64,000 nt of DNA from Ranitomeya imitator (Eukaryota), in the NCBI RefSeq assembly GCF_032444005.1, contig NC_091290.1:142786001-142850000 (forward strand), in the 5' to 3' direction. Of the stretch, positions 50,301-61,100 are shown in pieces. The notes beneath the pieces were generated by a model, which did not search any database, was not told the origin of the DNA, and saw nothing but the letters and a program-made list of their open reading frames with translations. How positions within the stretch are numbered: the first letter of the stretch is position 1; each line of letters starts with the position of its first letter. The position numbers and the translations under genes were made by a program.

Positions 50301-51568
50301 CTACTCCGACTGCTCCTGCACCGAGGAAGAGATGATGAAAATGGAGCTGATAATCATGAAGGTGAGGCTGGTGGTCTGGGGCCTGACCTGTTCGGTTTAT
50401 TAATGTAGGACTGGCCCTTTTAAGCGATGGGTTAACCCTTTCCTCTCCTCAGGCACTTAATTGGTGTTTGACGCCGATCACTGTGGTCTCCTGGTTGAAC
50501 ATTTACTTACAAATGGCGCACAGCAAAGAACTGCAGCACTTTCTCCTTCCCCAGTATCCACACATCACCTACTTAAAGATAATGGAGGTAAGGTGGGCTC
50601 CTGTGTGACTTAGGGGGGTCTTTAGTGTCCGACCGTCTGATAACTGTCCTGTCTTCTTCCAGCTCCTGGATTTATGTACCCTGGACGTCCGGAGCCTGGA
50701 ATATTCCTACCGCATCCTGGCCGCCTCTGCCCTCTATCACTGCACCAACGAGCAGTATCTGCAGGAGATGACGGGTACGTCTGTGGGTGGGTGTGGAAAA
50801 TGGGGGGGGCAGCTCCATATTGTGGCCTAATGTCCGCCAGACTCCCCCTGCTGGCCGGAGATGGAGACACGTTACAGCTGCAGAACTCTGGGTGACTGAT
50901 ACATTGTATCTGCCTGCAAATGTCAGATCTGTATCAAAGCTCCATTCACTGCCAGGTGCAGGCGGCTCCGTGTGCCAGATGTTGGGGTTTTGCGTTCTTC
51001 ACACCCTCACCTTCTTGTCTGCCTTTATTTCCAGGCTGTAAGTGGACGGACCTTCAGAAGTGCATTCAGTTCTTGTTACCTTTTGTGATCGCGATCAGAG
51101 ACACTGGGAGGTCCACAAAGCTGGAGTTTTTCGCCGGGGTGGACGTCACGGAAATGCACACGATCCAGACATACCGGGACCGCGCCGAGCTGCTGGTGAG
51201 TAGTGTGACCCTGGGGCACCAGCCGAGCAGTCGGCACGTGGGGGGGCTGATGTGTGGTCTGCAGACACTTGTGCGTTATGATTGCCGGAGATGCACTATA
51301 AAGGGGCACCACTCCTCTACATTCCCCTTGAACCCCCCCAACGTTATTGGGCGGCGGTCCTGTATCTTTAGATTACACAATTCCCCGGCGTCTCCTCCAC
51401 TCCGGTCCGTTTTTGTTTTTCCCTGTTTTTTTTTTTTAATTTTCTTTTTTCTTTCAGGAAAATGCCCGAACTATAGGCAGAATGATGGAAATGAAGAGAA
51501 ACGCTGAGGACCACCACTACAGTGTCCTGACGCCCCCCCTAACCGTCACGAAACCGTGGAGCGACTAG
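47349..51568 (+). CDS. CCNE1: G1/S-specific cyclin E1, 403 aa. Coding exons 47349-47362, 47444-47519, 47604-47678, 49276-49424, 49569-49704, 49928-50074, 50266-50361, 50453-50587, 50663-50774, 51035-51195, 51458-51568
   Basis: MPNMS|[25 protein letters not shown]|[25 protein letters not shown]|ADRSF...[18 protein letters not shown]|[15 protein letters not shown]...[11 protein letters not shown]|[26 protein letters not shown]...[16 protein letters not shown]|[10 protein letters not shown]...MELIIMK|[20 protein letters not shown]...|LLDLCTLD...|[10 protein letters not shown]...|...[14 protein letters not shown]. The exons sum to 1212 nt, all GT-AG, with phases as in mammalian CCNE1. E1 rather than E2 is supported by synteny. 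Confidence 0.95.
48167..48327. other. Assembly gap (161 N) inside a CCNE1 intron
   Basis: A run of N. The flanking exons join in phase, so no coding exon is evidently missing. Confidence 0.99.
48722..49056. mobile_element. PIF/Harbinger-type (Tourist-like) MITE in a CCNE1 intron
   Basis: TAA|ggctatgtgcacacg ... cgtgtgcacataccc|TAA, with a 3-bp TAA TSD and GG termini. Confidence 0.82.
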
Positions 51569-51860
51569 TCTGTCTGAGCCATGTGGGCTGCGCCAGGCAG
51601 GGCCGCTGATGAACTGGACCTGCTGGTCTTTTATAAGCTTTTACGAACTCCTGAGGGGGAACGAGACCCCCGAGACTTTATTACTTTTTGCTGCTATGAA
51701 AAATGCTGCTGGAGGCAAAGTAACGTGTGGGGGAGGGGCGACTACTGTAAGGAAAGTGTTGGGTGTCAGGTTTACTGCTTCGTGTGCAATCACTCCCTCC
51801 AATCTGTAACCTTTTATATTAGTTTTAGAGATGCTGCTATATCTTTTAAAATAAAAAAAA
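51569..51860 (+). promoter_or_regulatory. CCNE1 3' UTR with CPE-like elements and poly(A) signal
   Basis: TTTTAT at 51629-51634 and 51812-51817; AATAAA at 51850-51855. Confidence 0.55.
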
Positions 51861-51994
51861 AAAATACCATCTGCACGATGGTGAGGTTTTACAATAACAT
51901 TTTGTTTTTTGGGGTTTTTACTTGCTGCAAAAGCTGCTCTCAAAATTGTGTTGGAACTCCCTCCATGACTCACTATAGGACGCAGGTTGTAAAG

Positions 51995-52958
51995 CAGAAC
52001 AGTGAGTGCACCTCTGGGGGATAATACAGGATCAGTAATGTATGTACACAGTGACTGCACCAGCAGAATAGTGAGTGCAGCTCTGGGGTACAATACAGGA
52101 TGTAACTCAGGATCAGTAATGTATGTACACAGTGACTGCACCAGCAGAATAGTGAGTGCAGCTCTGGGGTATAATACAGGATGTAAATCAGGATCAGTAA
52201 TGTAAGTACACAGTGACTGCACCAGCAGAATAGTGAGTGCAGCTCTGGGGGATAATACAGGATGTAACTCAGGATCAGTAATGTAATGTATGTACACAGT
52301 GACTGCACCAGCAGAATAGTGAGTGCAGCTCTGGGGTATAATACAGGATGTAACTCAGGATCAGTAATGTAATGTATGTACACAGTGACTGCACCAGCAG
52401 AATAGTGAGTGCAGCTCTGGGGTATAATACAGGATGTAACTCAGGATCAGTAATGTAATGTATGTACACAGTGACTGCACCAGCAGAATAATGAGTGCAG
52501 CTCTGGGGTATAATACAGGATGTAACTCAGGATCAGTAATGTAATGTACACAGTGACTGCACCAGCAGAATAGTGAGTGCAGCTCTGGGGTATAATACAG
52601 GATGTAACTCAGGATCAGTAATGTAATGTATGTACACAGTGACTGCACCAGCAGAATAGTGAGTGCAGCTCTGGGGTATAATACAGGATGTAACTCAGGA
52701 TCAGTAATGTAATGTATGTACACAGTGATTGCACCAGCAGAATAGTGAGTGCAGCTCTGGGGTATAATACAGGATGTAACTCAGGATCAGTAATGTAATG
52801 TACACAGTGACTGCACCAGCAGAATAGTGAGTGCAGCTCTGGGGTATAATACAGGATGTAACTCAGGATCAGTAATGTATGTACACAGTGACTGCACCAG
52901 CAGAATAGTGAGTGCAGCTCTGGAGTATAATACAGGAGGTAACTCAGGATCAGTAATG
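51995..52958 (-). repeat. 86/81-bp satellite array (third copy of the family), just after the CCNE1 poly(A) signal
   Basis: Same unit as 1-1412 in reverse complement, about 11-12 copies. Confidence 0.96.
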
Positions 52959-54329
52959 TGGGGGGAGCTGGTGAAATGTTTGCACATTTCTATGATTTTC
53001 TCTTCCCATTGATGAACACTTCACTCGCCGCCTCTTCCATTGTATTGATGGAGGTTTTTGTCTTCGGTGCAGGTAATTAACCACCAGAAATGCGCATTCT
53101 TCATACCAGCTGATTGGATTTGTAGGTGAAAAACCTCATTAACCTTTTGGGCCGGGATGTGACAAAATGCAGATTCATGTGGTGACCTGTGAAATTCGGA
53201 AACCGCTTAATTATGGAGAGTGATGTGCGGAGGAAGATGATGGCGGTGGGGTGTGTGATAGGATAGCATGGCGCGGGGGGGGGGGGGGGGACACAGTAGT
53301 GATCTGTCTCCCACCCATCAGATGATTTGTCCAAACACAAGGGGCAATTAAAAATGATATTGAAACAATAATCTATTAACTCAATTAATGCTTTGTAACA
53401 AAACAGAAGAAGCTTATGCTCAACCGCAACCGTTACACTTTTTTTTTTTTTTTTTGCCTTTAACGTTGATTTGGGGGTTCATAGCGCCAGCGTCAGTACG
53501 AAGCTCCACATCCCCTGCGGAAACATGGCGTCAAGTCACCACTAGAGGGAGCTGCAGAGTTCTTGAATACTGCCAATCGAATGGATAAACTAGTTATTTC
53601 GGAATTGTTCTGAGAGCAATGATTAGCCTCTAAATACACTACAACTCTCAGCATGCTATGCCAGACACTGCTGGGGGTTGTAGTTTCACAACTGCTGCTC
53701 ACTGTAGATAAGTGAATAAGGAAAATAGAACAGGAAATGCGGCAGAGTGAAACGGGAGGTGCCGCGGTGTTATAGCACTGCACATCCTGATCTTCCTGGT
53801 TCAGGAATGAAATTCTAGACCTGCAGTGAATACTGACACACATGAGGATCAGGAAAAAAAACGTACAACAGTCGGGTTACTAGTCACAGGGAACCAGAAT
53901 AATGGGACGTCTCTTAATTTGGATAGAGGAGCAGTCACACAATAGATGGCGCCATTGTAGGAGCAGCTGTGGAGTCGTACATTGGGCACTGAGCGCCGAC
54001 CGTCCAGCGGGGGGCGCTATCACCTTCACAGCAGCGCCCACAATGCTGCCGGCCTTAAGGAGGAGGAAAGCGGAGTCTGACAGCCCCATAACAGAGGCGT
54101 CAGTCACTGGGAAAGGTGACAACCAACAGAGCGCCATTACTGCGGTCACCCAGCGTTCCCAGGATCCTGACCGCCACATCTGCCTTTTCTGTAGCCATTC
54201 CTTCACCCTGCTGACCGCTCCTGTGTTAACGGTCAGGCTTGCTGTCACCCAGCTTTCCCAGCAGCAGATATTGGATGTACGGGGAGCTCTCATCTTACAC
54301 TTTGGACTCCGAGTGCAGTGGGACAAGTG

Positions 54330-56330
54330 ACCCTGCCTGCCGCTGTCCTACCGACGTCCTCGTGCCTGCCGATGTCCTACCGACGTCCTCCTGCCTGCCG
54401 ATGTCCTACCGACGTCCTCCTGCCTGCCGATGTCCTACCGACGTCCTCCTGCCTGCCGACGGGCTGATTTTCAACATTCGGCACCCGTGGCGGTGAACTT
54501 TGAGACTCGGCACCAGCACGGCTGATTTTCGAGATTCTGCACCCGCTGCGATGATTTTCGAGATTCTGCACCCGCGGGCCTGATTTCGAGATTCGGCAGT
54601 GGCAGGGGTGATTCTCAAGATTCGCCACTCGTGGCGGTGATTTTTGAGATTCGGCACCCGCTGGGGTGATTTTCGAGATTCGGGGCTGATTTTAGAGATT
54701 TGGCACCCGTGGGGATGATTTTCGAGATTCGGTACCCACGGGGCTGATTTTCGAGATTTGGGGCTGACTTTCGAGATTTGGCACCCGTGGGGATGATTTT
54801 CGAGATTCGGCACCTGCGGTGGGTGATTTTCGAGATGTTTCAGCCGTGGTGGTGATTTTCGAGATTTTTCAGCCGCAGTGGTAATTTTCGAGATTCGGCA
54901 GCCGCGGCTGTGATTTTCGAGATTCCGGCATCCGCGGGGCTGATTTTCGAGATTTTTCAGCCGTGGGGGTGATTTTCAAGATTCCGGCATCCGCGGGGCT
55001 GGTTTTCGAGATTCGTTAGCTGCGGTGGTGATTCTCGAGATTCGGCAGCCCGGCGGCGGTGATCTTCGAGATTTTTCAGCCGTAGCAGTGATTTTCGAGA
55101 TGCGACAGCCGCGGTGGTGATTTTTGAGATTTTTCAACCACGGCAAGGATTTTCAAGATTCACTAGCCGTGGGGCTGATTTTCAAGATTTTTCAGCTGCA
55201 GTGGTGATTTTCGAGATTCGGCAGTCGCGGTGGTGATTTTCGAGATTTTTCACGCGCGGCGGAGATTTTCGAGATTTGTGAGCCGCGGGGCTGATTTTCG
55301 AGATTTTTCAGCCGCGGTGGTGATTTTCAAGATTCATCAGCCTCGGTGGAGGTTTTCGAGATTCGGGAGCCGTGGGGCTGATTTTCAAGATTTTTCAGCC
55401 GCAGATGTGATTTTCGAGATTTTTCAGCCGCGGCAGTGATTTTCAAGATTCGATAGCCGTGGTTCTCATTTTCGAGATCTTTCAGCCGCAGCGGTAATTT
55501 TCGAGATTTTTCAGGCGCGGCGCTGATTTTCGAGATGTTTCAGGCGCAGCGGAGATTTTTGAGATTTGGGAGCTGCAGGGCTGATTTTTGGGATTTTTTA
55601 GCCGTGGCGGTGATGTTTGAGATTTTTCAGCCGCGGCAGTGATTTTCGATATTTTTCAGCCGCGGTGGAAATTTTCAAGATTCAGGAGCCGTGGGGCTGA
55701 TTTTCGAGATTTCTCAGCTGCGGCGCTTATTTTCGAGATTTTTCTGCCGTGCATGTGATTTTCGAGATTTTTCAGCCGCGGCGGTGATTTTCGAGATTTC
55801 TCAGCTGTGGCGGTGATTTTCGAGATTTCTCAGCCGTGGCAGTGATTTTCGAGACTTCTCAGCCGTGGCAGTGATTTTCGAGATTTTTCTGCCGCGGTGG
55901 CGATTTTCGAGATTTGGGAGCCGTGGGGCTGATTTTTGAGATTTTTCAGCCGAGGCGATGATTTTTGAGAATTTTCAGCCGTGGCGGTGATGTTCAAGAT
56001 TCGGCAGCAGCAGGGCTGATTTTTGAGATTTTTCAACCGCTGCGGTGATTTTTGAGATTCGGCACCCGCGGGGCTGATTTTTCAGATTCGGCACCCGCGG
56101 GGCTGATTTTCGAGATTTGCCACCCGCGGCTGTGCTTTTCCAGATTCGGGACCCCACTGCTGATGTCCTCCAGATGTCCTCCTGCCTGCCGATGTCCTAC
56201 CAACGTCCTCCTGCCTACTGATGTCCTACTAATTACAGCTATGCTCCTGCCTACCTATCTGCCTCATGTCATCCTGCTTACTGATGGTTTCCTCCTACCT
56301 GCTGGCATCCTATAGATTTCATCCTACCCA
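54330..56330 (+). repeat. Composite satellite: a ~29-bp gattttcgagatttttcagccgcggcggt core (~54460-56150) flanked by cctgcctgccgatgtcctaccgacgtcct repeats
   Basis: Flanking units are at 54330-54460 and, more degenerate, at 56160-56330 in the same orientation. Confidence 0.9.
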
Positions 56331-56524
56331 CTGGTGTGCGCCTTCTGACTGATGATCTCCTACCTGCTGCTGTAGTTCTGGGCTCCATGCTGTGACCAGA
56401 CCTATGGAGGGTCCATCAGTGATGCCCAATGTCAGACATTTAACCCTTTTCCCTACTTATAGAGATAGTTCATCATCTGCAGATCCCACACACACACGGC
56501 CTCGTGCACTGGAGTCTGTGTAAA

Positions 56525-56945
56525 GGCTTCTTTCACACTAGCGTCGGAATCTCCCCGTCGCAATGCGTCGGGGAGAGATTCCGACGCTAGCGTTTGCTGC
56601 ATTGCACAATGGGTGCAGCGGATGCATTTTTCCGGCGCAACCGCTGCCCCATTGTAAGGTGCGGGGAGGTGGGGGCGGAGTTCCGGTCGCGCATGCGCGG
56701 TCGGAAAAAGCAGTCCGTCAGGAGAAAAAAACGTTACATGTAGTGTTTTTTTCTCCCGACGGTCCGCAAAAGCACGACGCATCCGTCGCTCGACGGATGC
56801 GACGTGTGGCAATCCGTCACAAATGCGTCGTCAATGCAAGTCTATGGGGAAAAAACGCATCCTGCAAGCACTTTTGCAGGATGCGTTTTTTCTGCAAAAC
56901 AACGCATTGTGACGGATTGCAGAAAACGCTAGTGTGAAAGTAGCC
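56525..56945. mobile_element. Harbinger-type MITE
   Basis: The TIRs are ggcttctttcacactagcgt ... acgctagtgtgaaagtagcc. The flanks aaa/taa form an imperfect TSD. Confidence 0.75.
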
Positions 56946-56986
56946 TAATCTGCACAGAGCTGAGCCTAAACCTGGAGCTGTCACCT

Positions 56987-57678
56987 CCAGCCTCCACACT
57001 CTGCAGCTCTCCTCTCAGTCCAGCCTCCACACTCTGCAGCTCTCCTCTCAGTCCAGCCTCCACACTCTGCAGCTCTCCTCTCAGTCCAGCCTCCACACTC
57101 TGCAGCTCTCCTCTCAGTCCAGCCTCCACACTCTGCAGCTCTCCTCTCAGTCCAGCCTCCACACTCTGCAGCTCTCCTCTCAGTCCAGCCTCCACACTCT
57201 GCAGCTCTCCTCTCAGTCCAGCCTCCACACTCTGCAGCTCTCCTCTCAGTCCAGCCTCCACACTCTGCAGCTCTCCTCTCAGTCCAGCCTCCACACTCTG
57301 CAGCTCTCCTCTCAGTCCAGCCTCCACACTCTGCAGCTCTCCTCTCAGTCCAGCCTCCACACTCTGCAGCTCTCCTCTCAGTCCAGCCTCCACACTCTGC
57401 AGCTCTCCTCTCAGTCCAGCCTCCACACTCTGCAGCTCTCCTCTCAGTCCAGCCTCCACACTCTGCAGCTCTCCTCTCAGTCCAGCCTCCACACTCTGCA
57501 GCTCTCCTCTCAGTCCAGCCTCCACACTCTGCAGCTCTCCTCTCAGTCCAGCCTCCACACTCTGCAGCTCTCCTCTCAGTCCAGCCTCCACACTCTGCAG
57601 CTCTCCTCTCAGTCCAGCCTCCACACTCTGCAGCTCTCCTCTCAGTCCAGCCTCCACACTCTGCAGCTCTCCTCTCAG
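56987..57678 (+). repeat. Perfect 33-bp minisatellite, 21 copies (ccagcctccacactctgcagctctcctctcagt)
   Basis: 692 bp equals 21 units, and I saw no substitutions. Confidence 0.98.
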
Positions 57679-57699
57679 CGCTGCCAAAACGTTTCTGCT

Positions 57700-58015
57700 T
57701 TCTAATTGGCTACTAACCTAACCCAGTCACTTGATTGGCTGCTTGACTTCCGCATTCCGTGATGTGCCAGCTCCTCCTCCACGGCGGTGTGCGTCACCAT
57801 GTGGTTCGCAGCCACGTGCTTCTGTTTACTCACGTGACCTGGCTGAAAGCGTGGATTAATGACACGCCCCTGTAATGGGGATGACGTCACCGGAGGAGGT
57901 GTGGCAACAGTCTCTATGTATGAGCCCGGCCTTCCGCTCTGTCTCTCGCTGCAGAGCTGTGGCGCTTGAGAAAATGTTGTGGTTCTTGCATGGCACAACC
58001 TTTAAGTGATGCGGG
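57700..58015. promoter_or_regulatory. Orphan promoter-like motif cluster
   Basis: ATTGG at 57705 and 57734, CACGTG at 57813 and 57831, TGACGTCA at 57882 and a GC box at ~58012, in a CpG-rich patch. No associated coding exon was seen. Confidence 0.4.
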
Positions 58016-58129
58016 CGGGCAGATTAAAATGTGCACATTGTCTCGCCTGCTGAGACTTGCGGTGCGCTGTCTCTTGTGAAGGGGGACGGTTATCTATTTG
58101 CTAGTGAATGGGAGACTAAGATCATTTCA

Positions 58130-61100
58130 TCTATGACTGGTGTCAGGCTATGCAGAGCATCGCAGCTATGATAGAACGGTGTCAGGCTATGCAGAGCATC
58201 ACAGCTATGCTAGAACAGTGTCAGGCTATGTAGAGCATTACAGCTATGATAGAATGGTGTCAGGACATGCAGAGCATTGCAGCTATGATAGAAAGATGTC
58301 AGCCTATGCAGAGCATCACAGCTATGATTGAACGGTGTCAGGCTATGCAGAGCATCGCAGCTATGACAACAGTGTCAGCTTATGCAGAGCATCACAGCTA
58401 TGATAGAAAGGTGTCAGGCTATGCAGAGCACCACAGCTATGATAGAAAGGTGTCGGGACACACAGAGCATCGCAGCTATGATAGAAAGGTGTCAGGACAC
58501 ACAGAGCATCGCAGCTATGATAGAAAGGTGTCAGATCACACAGAGCATCACAGCTATGATAGAAAGGTATCAGGTCACGCAGAGCATCGCAGCTATGATA
58601 GAAAGGTGTCAGGACACACAGAGCATCGCAGCTATGATAGAAAGGTGTCAGGACACACAGAGCATCGCAGCTATGATAGAAAGGTGTCAGGTCACACAGA
58701 GCATCGCAGCTATGATAGAAAGGTGTCAAGTCACACAGAGCATCGCAGCTATGATAGAAAGGTGTCATATCACACAGAGCATCACAGCTATGATAGAAAG
58801 GTGTCATATCACACAGAGCATCGTAGCTATGATAGAAAGGTGTCAGGACACACAGAGCATCGCAGCTATGATAGAAAGGTGTCATATCACACAGAGCATC
58901 ACAGCTATGATAGAAAGGTGTCAGGACACACAGAGCATCGCAGCTATGATAGAAAGGTGTCATATCACACAGAGCATCGCAGCTATGATAGATAGGTGTC
59001 ATATCACACAGAGCATCGTAGCTATGATAGAAAGGTGTCAGGTCACACAGAGCATCGCAGCTATGATAGAAAGGTGTCATATCACACAGAGCATCACAGC
59101 TATGATAGAAAGGTGTCATATCACACAGAGCATCGTAGCTATGATAGAAAGGTGTCAGGACACACAGAGCATCGCAGCTATGATAGAAAGGTGTCATATC
59201 ACACAGAGCATCACAGCTATGATAGAAAGGTGTCATATCACACAGAGCATCGTAGCTATGATAGAAAGGTGTCAGGACACACAGAGCATCGCAGCTATGA
59301 TAGAAAGGTGTCAGGTCACGCAGAGCATCGCAGCTATGATAGAAAGGTGTCAGGACACACAGAGCATCGCAGCTATGATAGAAAGGTGTCAGGTCACACA
59401 GAGCATCGCAGCTATGATAGAAAGGTGTCAGGACACACAGAGCATCACAGCTATGATAGAAAGGTGTCAGGACACACAGAGCATCGCAGCTATGATAGAA
59501 AGGTGTCATATCACACAGAGCATCGCAGCTATGATAGAAAGGTGTCAGATCACACAGAGCATCGCAGCTATGATAGAAAGGTGTCAGGACACACAGAGCA
59601 TCGCAGCTATGATAGAAAGGTGTCAGGACACACAGAGCATCACAGCTATGATAGAACGGTGTCAGGACACACAGAGCATCACAGCTATGATAGAAAGGTG
59701 TCAGGACACACAGAGCATTGCAGCTATGATAGAAAGGTGTCAGGACACACAGAGCACCACAGCTATGATAGAAAGGTATCAGGACACACAGAGCATCGCA
59801 GCTATGATAGAAAGGTATCAGGACACACAGAGCATCGCAGCTATGATAGAAAGGTGTCAGGTTATGCAGAGCACCGCAGCTATGATAGAACAGTGTCAGC
59901 CTATGCAGAGCATCACAGCTATGATTGAACGGTGTCAAGCTATGCAGAGCATCACAGCTATGATTGAACGGTGTCAGGCTATGCAGAGCATCGCAGCTAT
60001 GACAACAGTGTCAGCTTATGCAGAGCATCACAGCTATGATAGAAAGGTGTCAGGCTATGCAGAGCACCACAGCTATGATAGAAAGGTGTCGGGACACACA
60101 GAGCATCGCAGCTATGATAGAAAGGTGTCAGGACACACAGAGCATCGCAGCTATGATAGAAAGGTGTCAGATCACACAGAGCATCACAGCTATGATAGAA
60201 AGGTATCAGGTCACGCAGAGCATCGCAGCTATGATAGAAAGGTGTCAGGACACACAGAGCATCGCAGCTATGATAGAAAGGTGTCAGGACACACAGAGCA
60301 TCGCAGCTATGATAGAAAGGTGTCAGGTCACACAGAGCATCGCAGCTATGATAGAAAGGTGTCAGGACACACAGAGCATCGCAGCTATGATAGAAAGGTG
60401 TCAGGACACACAGAGCATCGCAGCTATGATAGAAAGGTATCAGGTCACGCAGAGCATCGCAGCTATGATAGAAAGGTGTCATGTCACACAGAGCATCGCA
60501 GCTATGATAGAAAGGTGTCAGGACACACAGAGCATCGTAGCTATGATAGAAAGGTGTCAGATCACACAGAGCATCACAGCTATGATAGAAAGGTGTCATA
60601 TCACACAGAGCATCGTAGCTATGATAGAAAGGTGTCAGATCACACAGAGCATCGCAGCTATGATAGAAAGGTGTCAGGACACACAGAGCATCGCAGCTAT
60701 GATAGAAAGGTGTCAGGACACACAGAGCATCGCAGCTATGATAGAAAGGTGTCAGGTCACACAGAGCATCGCAGCTATGATAGAAAGGTGTCAGGACACA
60801 CAGAGCATCACAGCTATGATAGAAAGGTGTCAGGACACACAGAGCATCGCAGCTATGATAGAAAGGTGTCATATCACACAGAGCATCGCAGCTATGATAG
60901 AAAGGTGTCAGATCACACAGAGCATCGCAGCTATGATAGAAAGGTGTCAGGACACACAGAGCATCGCAGCTATGATAGAAAGGTGTCAGGACACACAGAG
61001 CATCACAGCTATGATAGAACGGTGTCAGGACACACAGAGCATCACAGCTATGATAGAAAGGTGTCAGGACACACAGAGCATTGCAGCTATGATAGAAAGG

